A DNA stretch of 58,102 nucleotides, filler included, from Dugesia japonica (Eukaryota), in assembly GCA_001938525.1 (NCBI GenBank). It is 5 parts of 5 records of this genome, joined end to end, with 100 filler letters (N's around TTAATTAATTAA, not from the genome) between each part and the next. Parts side by side here need not be neighbours in the genome. Positions count along the whole stretch, not along the records: positions 35,133 to 49,435 come from MQRL01577807.1; positions 49,536 to 58,102 come from MQRL01498894.1; 3 more parts are not named here. One strand, 5' to 3'. The notes beneath the pieces are model-generated. The model worked only from the letters and a program-made list of their open reading frames with translations. It made no database searches and was not told the origin of the DNA. Below are positions 40,720 to 53,317 of this stretch, in pieces (within the stretch, counting starts at the first letter, position 1; each line of letters begins with the position of its first letter). The position numbers and the translations under genes were made by a program.

Positions 40720-43700
40720 GTGCCTGAATTAAGAAATCAAAAATCATCCCAATGACAATAAGTTATTGTGGGATAATTCGGTGGTTCCTGAAGGTTAGTT
40801 TAGTCGGCTGGTTTGGCTAAGTCTATCGACGATCCTACGAGCTTAGTGCCTCATCAATCCCGCTTTGCGGAAAGTTTTCGGCCTACCGATGAACGTTTAA
40901 TTAATAGTCATACTATTAAATATTACCAACAAAACGCTGACAATCTATGTATTAGTAAGGGTTTTTAATGCGAGTACTAATGTCACCAGAGCTACCGTCA
41001 ATCGGGTTAAGATGAGTAATTTTAATTGGGATGATAGTGATACGTTGATAATAATATGAATTACGTCAAATGTAATATTAAAGATTATAAAATTGTTACT
41101 CAGATTGCTAAGGAATAAATATTGCGACAGGAATAAATATTAGTGCTGGTAATGAGATGAATCGTTGCAATAATGTTAACAATGTTCTTATTACTAAAAT
41201 TACAAGGGAATTATAATAACCCAATTACAATAGCCATTTAATTACCGGCGAGATTATTTTATTATTAATTTGATGTCTAGGCTCTACCAAATAGACCAGA
41301 TGCCATATTGTGGTGAATAAAACACTGCATAAGGTGTCACTAATAATGTTATTAACAAAGGAGAAAGTCAGGGCTAATGAAATATTCTGTTGAATTAATT
41401 CTGGGTAACATGCCCTTAATGTCAACTCTTACAAAAGTGGAGTCTGACTTGTTGATGATTATCCAACACGATAAGGGATGAATCAGAAATAATATTCTTA
41501 TTTTGCAGTAATATTCCACACTAGTGGTGACAATCTTAGTAGATTCATGGACATCAATGAATTCGTATCTTCCTATTGCTAAATGGTGTGTTGGATAGCA
41601 AATAACAATTTATACGCAGAGGGTTGGTATATAGATTATGGAAGAGTTAGTGATTATTACACACCTGCTTCTGAATCATGGATATTTTCCTATCGGACGC
41701 GTTTCGATTCTGATATTAATCATGAGTGGAGTGTAATTTGCTGCTGTTTTGTTAGAAGGGCTAACCACAACTCATATGCGGAGGAATTCAGGTNNNNNNN
41801 NNNNNNNNNNNNNNNNNNNNTTTTTGAAATTAATGATCAAAATAAATTAGATGAACGTTAGGTTATGCAGCAGGTAAAATTAAATTTACTGTTATTTGGC
41901 TTTAAAAAGTATATATAAATTTTTTCTCATTTGATCTTATGAACATATATAGCATAATAACTTATCGAGTAAAAAAATAAGTTTATAATTTCCACCTGTG
42001 GTATTTATTCACCAGCAGCATTTAATGCCTTTCGCATAAATTGAAAGTAAAACCAATTTTCATGTATAATAAGATATATNNNNNNNNNNNNNNNNNNNNN
42101 NNNNNNNNNNNNNNNNNNNNNNNNNNNNNNNNNNNNNNNNNNNNNNNNNNNNNNNNNNNNNNNNNNNNNNNNNNNNNNNNNNNNNNNNNNNNNNNNNNNN
42201 NNNNNNNNNNNNNNNNNNNNNNTTTTCTTTGGGGAACAATCAATTCAAATTTATAAATTAAAGATGTTACTTTATTAGTTTTTTTTCTAACTATTGGCGA
42301 GAATCCTTCGCAATCGTATCAGAATTATTTTAATACTCGAGTAATGCGATTGACACAAATGGATAAATAAAAATTGAAAATTGTTGTTTTTCGTTTCAAA
42401 TCAAGGGGGTTTAAATATCATTTTACGAGACACCCCAACTTGTTTGGCATTGGTCTGCTATTTTTAGTTTGAATCTTCCGTACTTGATTGATTTTGATGA
42501 TAATTTTCTGTAATTTTTTTAGAGTTTGAGAACTCTAATTGGCAGTTATTTTTAAAACCTCATATGATCGATTGTGCTTTGTCTTGTTTTTATTTTCTGA
42601 ATNNNNNNNNNNNNNNNNNNNNNNNNNNNNNNNNNNNNNNNNNNNNNNNNNNNNNNNNNNNNNNNNNNNNNNNNNNNNNNNNNNNNNNNNNNNNNNNNNN
42701 TCACTCTTCTTGAATTTTCTTGCGCTGAATTCCTGTGATTTTCTGGAGCAAAGTTATTCTCATAAAATGAATTTTGGCCTAATTTTAATTTATTTTAACC
42801 TTTAATTAATTCATATTTTCTTTATAATTAATTGTTTTGGTTAATAATTTTCTTGCTTCTTTAAATAATAATTTAATAATTTTCTTTAANNNNNNNNNNN
42901 NNNNNNNATTATCCAGGTTCATTGTTATAGGCTTTTCTTATGTTGCTCCCTATTATCATTAATTTCCGACCCGGTCTGATTTTAGTACTTGTTTTTAAGG
43001 TTAGTATTTTTTCCCTCATACAGTATTATTCTTCTCCTTCTTATGGTACTTGCTGGTTTAAGACCCTCCTGGTCTAGTTTTTTCGTTGACTGGGTGTTTC
43101 ACCCCAACATTATTTATTTTTTATTATTATTTATTTTATTATTTTATTAGTCGAGTATTTATTCGAAAAATTATTTTCGTCTCTTTCAATAAATATTTAA
43201 AATTATTTCAAATTATCTAATGCTTAATAAAAATGTTCAATTATTATAATTAAAGTTTGAAATGAATTTTTCATTATTTTCATTAAGGTTAAAGATTGAC
43301 GATTTTTAATGATGTTATTCTTACGTAGCATTAACTTCTCTATCTAATAGTTACTTTGATGCTTAAATTTGAGTTAAGCTTCTATTTTCATTAATACTCG
43401 ACTCTTATTTAAAAAACATCATTTAACTATTTATTTGAAAGATTTTTCTAAAATTAATGTTTTTACATAAATTCAAGTTGTATATACTTTACTGATAATT
43501 ATTTGAAAATTATTAAATACCCCATACTTAATCTATTTATCTATTATGAGTTATTTCCAACAATTGTTTAGAAATTATTTTAATGAATCAATGCTTAATA
43601 AAAGTTTTCTATTATAAATTAAACATTAATTACAAAATACATGCGAAATCTAATTTTATTTAAAAATATTTCAAAGTTTCATCAATAATCAATAAACCTT

Positions 43701-46700
43701 TAATATTATAATTTTAATTTAACCATAAAAATATATATATAAAATGTAATTTATTTTCTAAATTACCTTTAAAATTTTATTCAAAACATAATTCAATTTA
43801 CTAATAAAAGCAAAGTTTTAATCAAATTAGCTATTGAAAATTAATCAATTCACCATACTTAATTTATTCAATCAAATATATGGATTATTTTCAATAAATG
43901 ATTATAAATTATTTCAATGAATCAATCTTAATAAAAAATTCATATTATAAATAAAACTTCAATTAAATTTTAACGATAAAAATAGAACACTAATTAAAAT
44001 AATTGAACTAAAATAATCTAGAAAACTAAAACCATGTTGTATTGTTGTCTGAAGATTGGTGAGTAGATAAATTTTATCCAAATTTATCTAAAAAGCTACC
44101 CAAAATTGACCTTACCCAATAAATTATCATATTTTTCTGTTCCTCGGGGACTCCAAAATTAAGCACTTGTTTTTTCAATATGACTACTTATCTATACAGT
44201 TGGTGATTTTTAAACCGTGTTATCCGTACTCACCGTAAAACATTCTATCGAATAGTATTAATTTCGATAAATTTTGAGGAATTCTTATACTTTCAAAAAA
44301 TGTTACCAAGTCCGGGAGGACGGCTGTACATATTTGTTAGGAAGCATTTTTACAGAGACGATATTTAAACTTTGTACAGTTACTTTTTCCTCCTGAATAA
44401 AATAATATCAAATTTGAAATCATACGAGTTATGTACGCAGAGAAAATTGAGTTCAAAAATTCAAAATTTGAGATTTTTTCATGACAAAACCCCATTTATT
44501 TCATCGAGTATTAACTTTAGCAATTTTAGGTTAACATATTTGGAATCAGCGAAAAAGTCTCTATAGAATAGACACTATTGGGGTGAAACACCCGTTAAAA
44601 AGGGAAAAAAGGTAGAAAAGCCGAACCAACCGAAAGGAACGGCAAGACCATTATCAATCGTGAAACATAGAAGGCAATGCATGAAATACAACAAAAAAGA
44701 ATGAAATAAAATCGAAGAGGAATACAGAGAACCAGGTGAATAAAATTAGCATAAATCAATATTGGGAATTAAGGAGAATTATTAAATAGTAATAAAAACC
44801 AAGAAAATCGGTATGAAAATAATTAATTAACAGAAGAAAAATAATGATTAATTTTAAATAAAAAAAGAAGCAAAATTAACAAAAACATTCGTTTTATCCG
44901 AATAACTTCGCTCAAGGAAATCAAAAAGAATCGGGGTAAAAAAATACAGAAAGAAAATATCGAGATGCAGTTGAAATTACTAAGAAGAAAAACTTACCAC
45001 CTTCCAGAGGGTTGCTGCAGGGTCCTAAAAATCGAACCAATTAGAAATCTAAAAATAAAAATAAAACAAAGACACAATTATCATATGTCAGTCCAAAAAT
45101 AGACGCCAATGGCAACTCTAAAATTCTGAAAAAATTTAGAAAACTGGCACTGGAACCAATAAAACCAGAAAACGTTGATCTAAAAATAACTAACGAATCT
45201 GGAGGAAGTTGGGGTGTGCAGAAAATCATATAAAAATGACCCCTGAATTTAGCAAGAAACAGACTAAAAAATAATAAAACGAACTACAACAAACTTTGAT
45301 AAATTGTGAATTCCAAAGCACATATTTGAAATCGGAAAATTATCAAGAAAAAGAATAATATTATACTAGTTAACTTAGAACGAGGAAAATTGCACTCCAA
45401 CGTACAGGGAAATCAAAACAAAGAATTTACTTCGAATCTAATTGAAAGGTCGTCACTCAAAAGCGGAAGGAAAAACCTTAATCTTGAATCAAACCCGTTG
45501 CAGAAATTCGTCAATTGATATTAAATAAAATATTTATTTTATTATGTAAAGAATTGCATGGTCAGAAAATTTTGATGTTATGTATTTCTAATAAAATATG
45601 TATATTAAAATTTCAATTCATTATTTAGTCAATTAAACGTATTAATAGATAGAAAATAGACTACTGTGACTTTGAATGATAGTAGACTCGTAAGTGACAT
45701 TTTACGGTAAATTCCTTGTAACGTTCATTAAATTAAAGAAAGTATTAACACATAAACATCTAGAGACCCGGTTAATTGAGATCTAAACAAATTTATGCTT
45801 ACCTGTGGGGTAAAAGTATAAACCAAAAATCGAATACGTCATAGTTTTCCTTTGCTAAGATTGTGAGTGAAAAAAGATAAAATTCCAACAATTTATTTGA
45901 CAAAATAATAAACTATTTCAGTTATATCAGAATCATAATAAATCCACAGATTTTAATGATAAGCGTCCACTAATGTGTCGATCACTGACTCTGATCGGTT
46001 GAATTCTACTGATATGGAATGGCCACATTTTTTGTCATAGAATAGAAATAACTATCGCATTTCATAATTATGTTTAAAGACAGTGAATCATCACCTAAAA
46101 TTATAACTGCCAATAGGTTGTGCATGTGCACCAACCCAAAAGTCATACCATTAGAATGTGTACTCATAATGATGGCTGGATGTGGTTGTTTAACTCTGTC
46201 CTCGCAACCCTACAAGAGACTAATTCTATGCACACCTACATGTTGCAGATCCATCTAATCGGTTGTCAAGGGGATAAAATCACCATGCAACGGTGAAGTG
46301 TGGAGGTTTAAAATAGAAAAAATTTTATAATTATTATAAATCTCATAATTTATGATTTTCTTATTATTAGATTCATTATTTTATTACTATTAATAATTAC
46401 CTTATTGTAGGTCTAATTTCACGACAATCATCATATACCGTCAGTGTTGGTATTAGTGGTTTAACCAGAGTAAAATCTTCCCTTTATTAAAATTGAATAA
46501 AATTCAAGATTATGATTACTATTAGCCGCTGGGGTGCCATTCCTGATGTCAGAATTGTTATTCTTATGTTTTGAGCACCATGGAGAATATTTTTCTTCCG
46601 TTATAGTACTAACTCCCATATGATTCGGGTTCGGTTGTTTGATGTTGCGGTGCAACTTATTATGGTTAATCGTCGATAATGTTTGACGAACTGTCATTTC

Positions 46701-46860
46701 CTTGCCCGAATCATTCTAATCCAAATTAATATCATTCCCTTAAATATTATCTTTTAATGAGGTACACCACATGGTCATATTAAGGGTCTGTGGTTACTTT
46801 TCGTTTTTAGGGAACTCAGTCATAAGTCGAGAATGGTGATTAATGACTTCATTCTTTAGC

Positions 46861-47043
46861 ATGCCCGCAGAATTATATCAAACCATACGGTGGATTAGAA
46901 GGCAACGACAAGTTAGTTGGACGAAACAATTGATAGCGCACCTATTGACCCGAGGAAAAATAGAGCATCCAGACGAGACAGATCTTTGTTGTCTAGTTGA
47001 AATGTTCCCCTTGAACGATGGAGTAGATCTAGATGAAGAGTAA
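46861..47043 (+). CDS. Element ORF1 (copy C), 60 aa
   Basis: KQLIAHLL...PDETDLCCLVEMFP aligns with KQLIGHLL...PDEMDLRCFKELYP. tttag lies 1 nt before the ATG. Confidence 0.65.
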   Translation: MPAELYQTIRWIRRQRQVSWTKQLIAHLLTRGKIEHPDETDLCCLVEMFPLNDGVDLDEE

Positions 47044-47179
47044 CCTTAGTTGGTTGATTCCCATACGATAAAATAAATTGTATAAAAGCTTACTTTGTTT
47101 CTAAATTGTTAACTTAAATTGTTTTTCATTTTAAAATTGTTCTATTTGAATTTTGGTACTTATTCCGTTTTTCTTGGCT

Positions 47180-47528
47180 ATGGAATCCATCTGGGGACGA
47201 GTAGTCGATCGGCGGACTCGCCGTATAGTTTTCCGTCGACATCACAATCCCCACGATCGAGACGCAGGAATTCTGTCCGACAGATCAAATTTACCTCCCG
47301 TCGAAGCTGCTGTAGCCCGTATCCAGAGCTTCGAGGAGCGCTTGAGTTTTTCTTCAGTGGAGTGGGCCGGAGCGCAATCATGCTACCCCGTTCCGGTATC
47401 AACCCCCAGCACCCCCGCTAGTAGTGCAGGCTTTTATTGAAAATATGCTATGGGGAGTTAGGGAACCCTCCGGGTCGGAGGATGCCGAAAATTCAGCTCC
47501 TGCCGAAAACATTACTCCTGACCCTTAA
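47180..47528 (+). pseudogene. Element ORF2 (copy C), one frameshift
   Basis: 349 nt versus 348 in B. MESIWGRVVDRRTRRIVFRR... / VQAFIENMLWGVREPSGSED. Confidence 0.8.
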
Positions 47529-47732
47529 TGTACAACATGTTGTGAACTGATTCGTTTAATAAATGAATGTTTTAATTAGTCTAAACAAGTTTTCTTCAGT
47601 TATTAGTTTTAATGAACAAGTCACTTTAAAATCACTCTATTAGATTTTTATACCTTGAATAAGGTTGTATAATTGTCAGTAATTCAGATATTGATGTTCT
47701 GAGAGAAAAGCTATTACCACCTTTTATTTTAG

Positions 47733-48111
47733 TGCATTCCTCCTTAAATCGTCCCACAGCTCCTACCAAAAAAATTCGAGACACTAGTGAGGACAATGAA
47801 CTCACTTGGGACTTATATCGTTTAGTAAAACGACGCTGAGAAGCCGACGTGGCAGCTGCCAGTAGTAAAGTCTTCCGTTATAAAAAGAAGTGTGTTCTCT
47901 ACAAAAAGGAAGCAGAGGCCTCCCACCTACAAGAGCGTACCTGGAAAAGCAGGTGGAATCTTTTTCGGAAATTATCCGGTCCAGCCATGACCGAGAAAAT
48001 AATCTGGTTAGCGATATCCTGCGACTACGAGAGAGCATTCCGCTCGAACCTTTAATGATTGACAAAGCACCCAGACCCGCGGAGCTAGCTACGTTCATGC
48101 TTTATAAATAA
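47733..48111 (+). pseudogene. Element ORF3 (copy C), with a stop and frameshifts
   Basis: HSSLNRPTAPTKKIR...KRR*EA.../ESFSEIIRSSHDRENNL...PLEPLMIDK. Confidence 0.8.
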
Positions 48112-48187
48112 AGTTATTATTAAATTTTTCTAGTGTAATTCGTTAATATGTCAATAATCATTCAAAATTTTGTAAATTAATATAATA

Positions 48188-48583
48188 TTGCTTATTTTAG
48201 TGCCTCACACCAATTTCCCAAATAGCATCCGCCGATGTCACTGTATATTGCGCCGCCTGTTGACAGAGCGACATCTAAAACGGAAGACAGATAAATCTCT
48301 ACTAAGACACCTAAACCAACGGGATAGGCTAATNAAAAAACTCGACCATATAATAAAGAAACAGGGTGATCTAGCCATCCAAACTAAGGCCCTGGAAACT
48401 GAAACCAAACAGCTTTTACAAAGGAAAATAGAGTTCCTAAAGCAGTATATAGCAGACCTTTCCCGCCAGATTGGTAATCCTGCCTGGATTCATTGGGACG
48501 ACAATGATGACGTCGCCGCCTTTAATATTACCGTCACCGATCCAACTCAATGGTTAGACCCAAGGGCTCTGGATTTAATATAA
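48188..48583 (+). CDS. Element ORF4 (copy C), open frame; start uncertain (TTG, or spliced at 48200/48201)
   Basis: Colinear with 4446-4844. AATAAA downstream. Confidence 0.7.
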   Translation: MLILVPHTNFPNSIRRCHCILRRLLTERHLKRKTDKSLLRHLNQRDRLXKKLDHIIKKQGDLAIQTKALETETKQLLQRKIEFLKQYIADLSRQIGNPAWIHWDDNDDVAAFNITVTDPTQWLDPRALDLI

Positions 48584-51500
48584 ATGTTTTAGTAAAATAA
48601 AATGTGTATAATTGAGATCGTGTTCCTTTTCATGAATTATTAATAATAGGGAAAATAATGAACCCGAATACAAAGGTTTGTGGGTGTGCACCTCCCATTA
48701 ATAGACAGGTCAACCACCATAAACTGAAAATCTGCCCTGGGGCGGTAGATCTAAATTCTTGAAAGGGTTTCCCTGAGGGCTGTTTTTCCCCAGCCATCGT
48801 TTTCTTCATTCAACTCAGGTAGAACCCCAACAGACACTTTATTAAAATATTTAAGAAGAAAAATATTTTCGAAACATTTTTATCTGTGTAAAATGATCGC
48901 CGTAAAATTTTAAGCAGTTTGGTATTAAAATCTTTGAAATCTGAGATATAGAACATATTTTTTCAAAACTTTAGATGGTTTACTCAGACTACCAACAAGA
49001 CTTCATTTAAAAAATTTTAAATTCTCATACTATTTAAACAACATGATCGGTTTGTCTAGATTCTTTTAAAATATTCCCATTTAAAATTTTTAAAAACTGT
49101 AAAATTTAAAAAAATTCAACTTTTATCATGAATTTCCTTAAAATTCAACCCAAACTGACCAATCCTATAGAAATTATCATTCGAATTCTCCTAATACTTA
49201 CCCTTGTGAGGAAATAATTAACCAAATCGTCCAAAACTGACCAAAACAGACTAATGTGAGAAATATTCGATCAATATTACCTAAACTGGGTAAAAAAAAT
49301 TGACCAAATTGTCCAAAACTTAACCAAATTAACCATTCACTGAGGAAATAATTGACCAAATTAACCTAAAAATTACTTTTGTGAGAAAATAATTAACCAT
49401 TCCCGAGAAAAACGTTGATCGAATTTACCTAAAACNNNNNNNNNNNNNNNNNNNNNNNNNNNNNNNNNNNNNNNNNNNNTTAATTAATTAANNNNNNNNN
49501 NNNNNNNNNNNNNNNNNNNNNNNNNNNNNNNNNNNAATTTTATAGATATCTGAAAATCATAGCATGGATTCTTTAAAAAGCATGAGTTTTTTGAATTTCT
49601 ATATTTTTCTAATAGCTAATTTCTTAATTATTTTTATTAAAATAATTCAACAATTTATTAATTCTTTATTTTATTTAATTGATTACATTTTAGATTCAAG
49701 AATGTCCGAGGGAATGGAAAATCTATCATTTCAAGAGAAAGTTCAATTATTTGAATTTGCAATTAGTCGAAGTTCTCATTAAATATTCGATTGTTCAATT
49801 ATTCAATTATTTTTTATTAAGTAGTTTTCATTGGTGATTAAATTGTGAAATTCTTTTTGACATGGTGTTATGTAATATCATTAGAAACTGTAATGAAGTT
49901 GTTCACTACTAATAGCCACCACCACTACCACCACCATATCAGCATTTAATAATTAATAATTTATTATCATCATCGTCATCATAATTAGTTGAAAATTTTA
50001 TTATTAATTTGTAATAATCGATTGTGGGTGGCCTTATTTAGCATTCCATTGATTTTAGATTTTTTATGTACATTTGTCCCTCTTTTCTATGTTGCGTTTT
50101 AGTGTTTGTAATTCAGTTTTTTAAATTTTTTTATTGTTCACAATTTTTCAAATGAAATTGTTGATCTTTAATTTGGGATCTGTTTTTTCTTATGCAGTGG
50201 ACCGATTTTTTTAATATCATACATTCGTATTGATTTTGTTTTTTTTTATTTTTTTTTCAATTTAATGTGATTAATTGTTAAATTATTTCTGATTACTTTT
50301 TAATAACTAGATTCAATTAAAATTGATTTAGATAGCTTAACTACTCACAAAACAATAAGTTATAAAAAATTTAGCATTTCTCTCTTTGAATGTATGTTTG
50401 ATCTCAATTATTAATTTCAATAAATAGAGCTAAAAATCTAATTCTAAAATGCTTTTATTTTTATGTTGGAAAATTTATTGAATTTTCGACAGTTATTTCT
50501 CAGTTGAAAATTAAAAAAAATCTCAATGTTAGACTCTACAATTTAATTGATCGGAGAAATATATACTTTTTGAGCAATTGACCAGCACTTCACATCATTC
50601 ACTCATGCATTCACCTATTATCAGATACATTATAAATTTATTCCATCAAATGTGTAAAGATCAATATTGGAATATTATATAATTCGCAGTTATGTCACAT
50701 AATTACTGTTAGTTAATACAACATTTTTTCCAATAAAACTTCATTCATTACAAAACTTTGATCATTTGATTTTATTTACTTTCTGGCTGAAATTACATTT
50801 CCTCCATTTTCTTAAATTCACTATTCAAATAAACGTTTTGTAATATGTTAATGTTTATTTTTAAAAAATTAAATTAATATATGTTGGGCTAGAATGCCTG
50901 AATAACGGGAAAATACGGGGTTAAAACGTGACTGATTGAGTAAATCAAACGAGCAGAAATTAAGAAATTTGATATACTGGACCAGAAAATTTGATTATTA
51001 TAAGTATTATTATCATTATTATTATATTATTATTATGGGTATAATTATTATGAATCTACTATAAAAGATCCGAAAATGAAAATTGGGCGCAAAGAACTCT
51101 GAGTTGGATTATCAAGATAATTTGTTAGAGAAATACGACAAGAAGGTTTAGATAAATAGTAAAAATCATCTTCTCTATGATATTATATTAAAGGGGCCTC
51201 TATGACCCTAATTATTTATTATATTAACGGTAATTTCCGTTTAATATTATTATAATCTCTTAATTAATGAAATAATCTGGTCCAGTCATTGTCTGGTTAG
51301 GGTTAATGAAGTCTAAAATTAACAACAAAATCAGTGAATCACCCTAAACCAGACAAAGAAAATTGATAGCAACCACACCAGTCACCCGAGGTCACACGAG
51401 GTGACTGATGACAACAAAATCACCAACAGTGATAAGGAGCCATACAGTCAAAGGAGCAGAATTAGGAATGGCGGTTATTGATTGGCCGGCTAATGAATAC

Positions 51501-51759
51501 CCGCAATCTGTAGTTGGAAAGAGTGAATAAAACTGGAATACTCAGCAAAAATAGACACTCTTTCACAATCAATTTTGTATTATTTATTAACCTATTGCAA
51601 CTTGTAAGAATTTCGTCTATTTGCAAATTAATAACATTTACCAGTGGAGAAAATCTAAGTATTAAAAAAGTCATTTTTAATCATATTGCTAATATTATTA
51701 TAATGTATGCCTTACATGCTCGAGTGTTCTAAGAAGTCGGATGGTCGTGCTACCATCAA

Positions 51760-52110
51760 TGTTGAAACAAATTATATGAAAATTCCAATGAATTAAAATA
51801 GTGAGACGAAATAATATGATCGCAACAAGTTGCTGCAAACTTCCAGAAATAATTGCAAACAGTTTAATGCACTCATTATCATCTATGTTGAAATAAATTA
51901 TATGAAAAATTCCAATGAATTAAAATCATGAGACGAAATAATATGCTCGGAACAAGTTGCTGTAAACTTTGAGAAATAATTGCAAACAGCTTAATGCACT
52001 CATCAATATCAAGATTGTAAAAAATTAGATGAAAATTTCTAATGAATTACAATCGTGAGAAGAGTAAATGCTATCGGAAAAATTGTTATAAAATTTGAGG
52101 AATAATTCTA
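51760..52110. repeat. ~126-bp tandem repeat x3 inside element D
   Basis: Units start at 51760, 51886 and ~52013 (TTCCAATGAATTAAAAT...GAGACGAAATAATATG...); the third is more diverged. Confidence 0.8.
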
Positions 52111-52912
52111 AAATATTCAGAGGAACAAAAAGCGAGAGCGGAATGAAGGTTGTCGGACACAGTATTACTAAATTGAGACAAATGTTATGAGACAAATTAA
52201 TAGAATTGGATTGCGATAATGCAACATTAAAGTGAAATATCTAGAAAAAAGAAAAGATATAAAATTATAATGAGTTGAAAGAGGTGACACGGAATGATAG
52301 AGGTCAAACGGCTGATTAAATGAGACGGACCTGCTTGAGGGAACAAATGAATTTAGATCAAATTTTTATGAGTAGGATGGGAGCTCGATGATTATGATTT
52401 AACTTAGATAATAAAAAAATATGTTGTGCAACTTAATGTCATAACTTATTTTTAGTTTTTTTTTCTTTTTTGGTATTTTTAATTGGAAAATTTGGATAAA
52501 CTTTATGTTAATTTTTTCGCAATGTATCAATTTTAATTTTACAAGGAATTAGAATAGTATCATAAATATGCACTTCTTTTTCTTTAGTTTTGACATTTAA
52601 ACATGCAAGCAATTGAATTATAAATTGAGTAATAAATAAGTCTTAAATTAAAAGATTCAAAGCATCTTTACTCCATGATGAACTAAACATATCTTACAGA
52701 AAATATTAAGGAATTTAGAAGCAGAGCTTCACACTAGTGGTGACTAGAAAAGATGATTGCTTTAGTAGGCACCTTCTCTGGTCCGTACTATAGAAGCAAG
52801 GGGACCAGAAATGATAGGCTGCATTCCGAAAAAACGGAAACTGGTTATAATCTTTATTTAATTTATATTTATTGATTGAGTCGGAAAAATACGTAATTTT
52901 ATATTAATAGAA

Positions 52913-53317
52913 ATGACAGCATATTTCAAACCCCACATACTACTAGTGCTCTCAAATGACGGCGAAGAAGGAACCTTCTGGATCCCATGGCGAAAAACAG
53001 TAGAGCTATTGGACGACCAGAAAGCAATTTATGAGAAGGAGAAACAGGAGATGAGAGCAGGTCAGCAGGAGTTAATGAAACGCCACCTTGAGCTGCGGCG
53101 GCAATTGAAAGCAGTCAGTGACGACACAGAGAAGCGCAGAGACGGTTGGATTTACAAACAGTGGCCCGAGAGCTCTCAACGGCAACACACCATATGATTG
53201 ATCACCAATTTTTGATGAAACAAATGGAGAAAGTGATTTTCAGGCAACTGATTGATGACACTGGGGTCATGACCGAAGCATGGGACCCAGTGTGTATTAA
53301 AATCGAATCTCTGTAGG
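52913..53317 (+). pseudogene. Element D coiled-coil ORF, probably frameshifted
   Basis: tag|AA ATG context as in family-1 ORF2. 94-aa ORF plus an out-of-frame continuation to TAG, then AATAAA. Confidence 0.55.

Larger units (their letters stand above)
38466..43109 (-). mobile_element. Family-1 cargo element, copy B (contains gaps)
   Basis: TGTTGGGGTTCCAC...GTTTCACCCCAACA. TSD TTAT at 38462-38465 and 43110-43113. Confidence 0.9.
44576..48832 (+). mobile_element. Family-1 cargo element, copy C
   Basis: TATTGGGGTGAAAC (one change from TGTT)...GAACCCCAACA. TSD GACAC at 44571-44575 and 48833-48837. Confidence 0.9.

Noticed and set aside
48740-48832. Hammerhead or HDV ribozyme in the element 3' end
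   Set aside because: No CTGATGA...GAAA core or clear HDV topology. Kept only as an unclassified structure.
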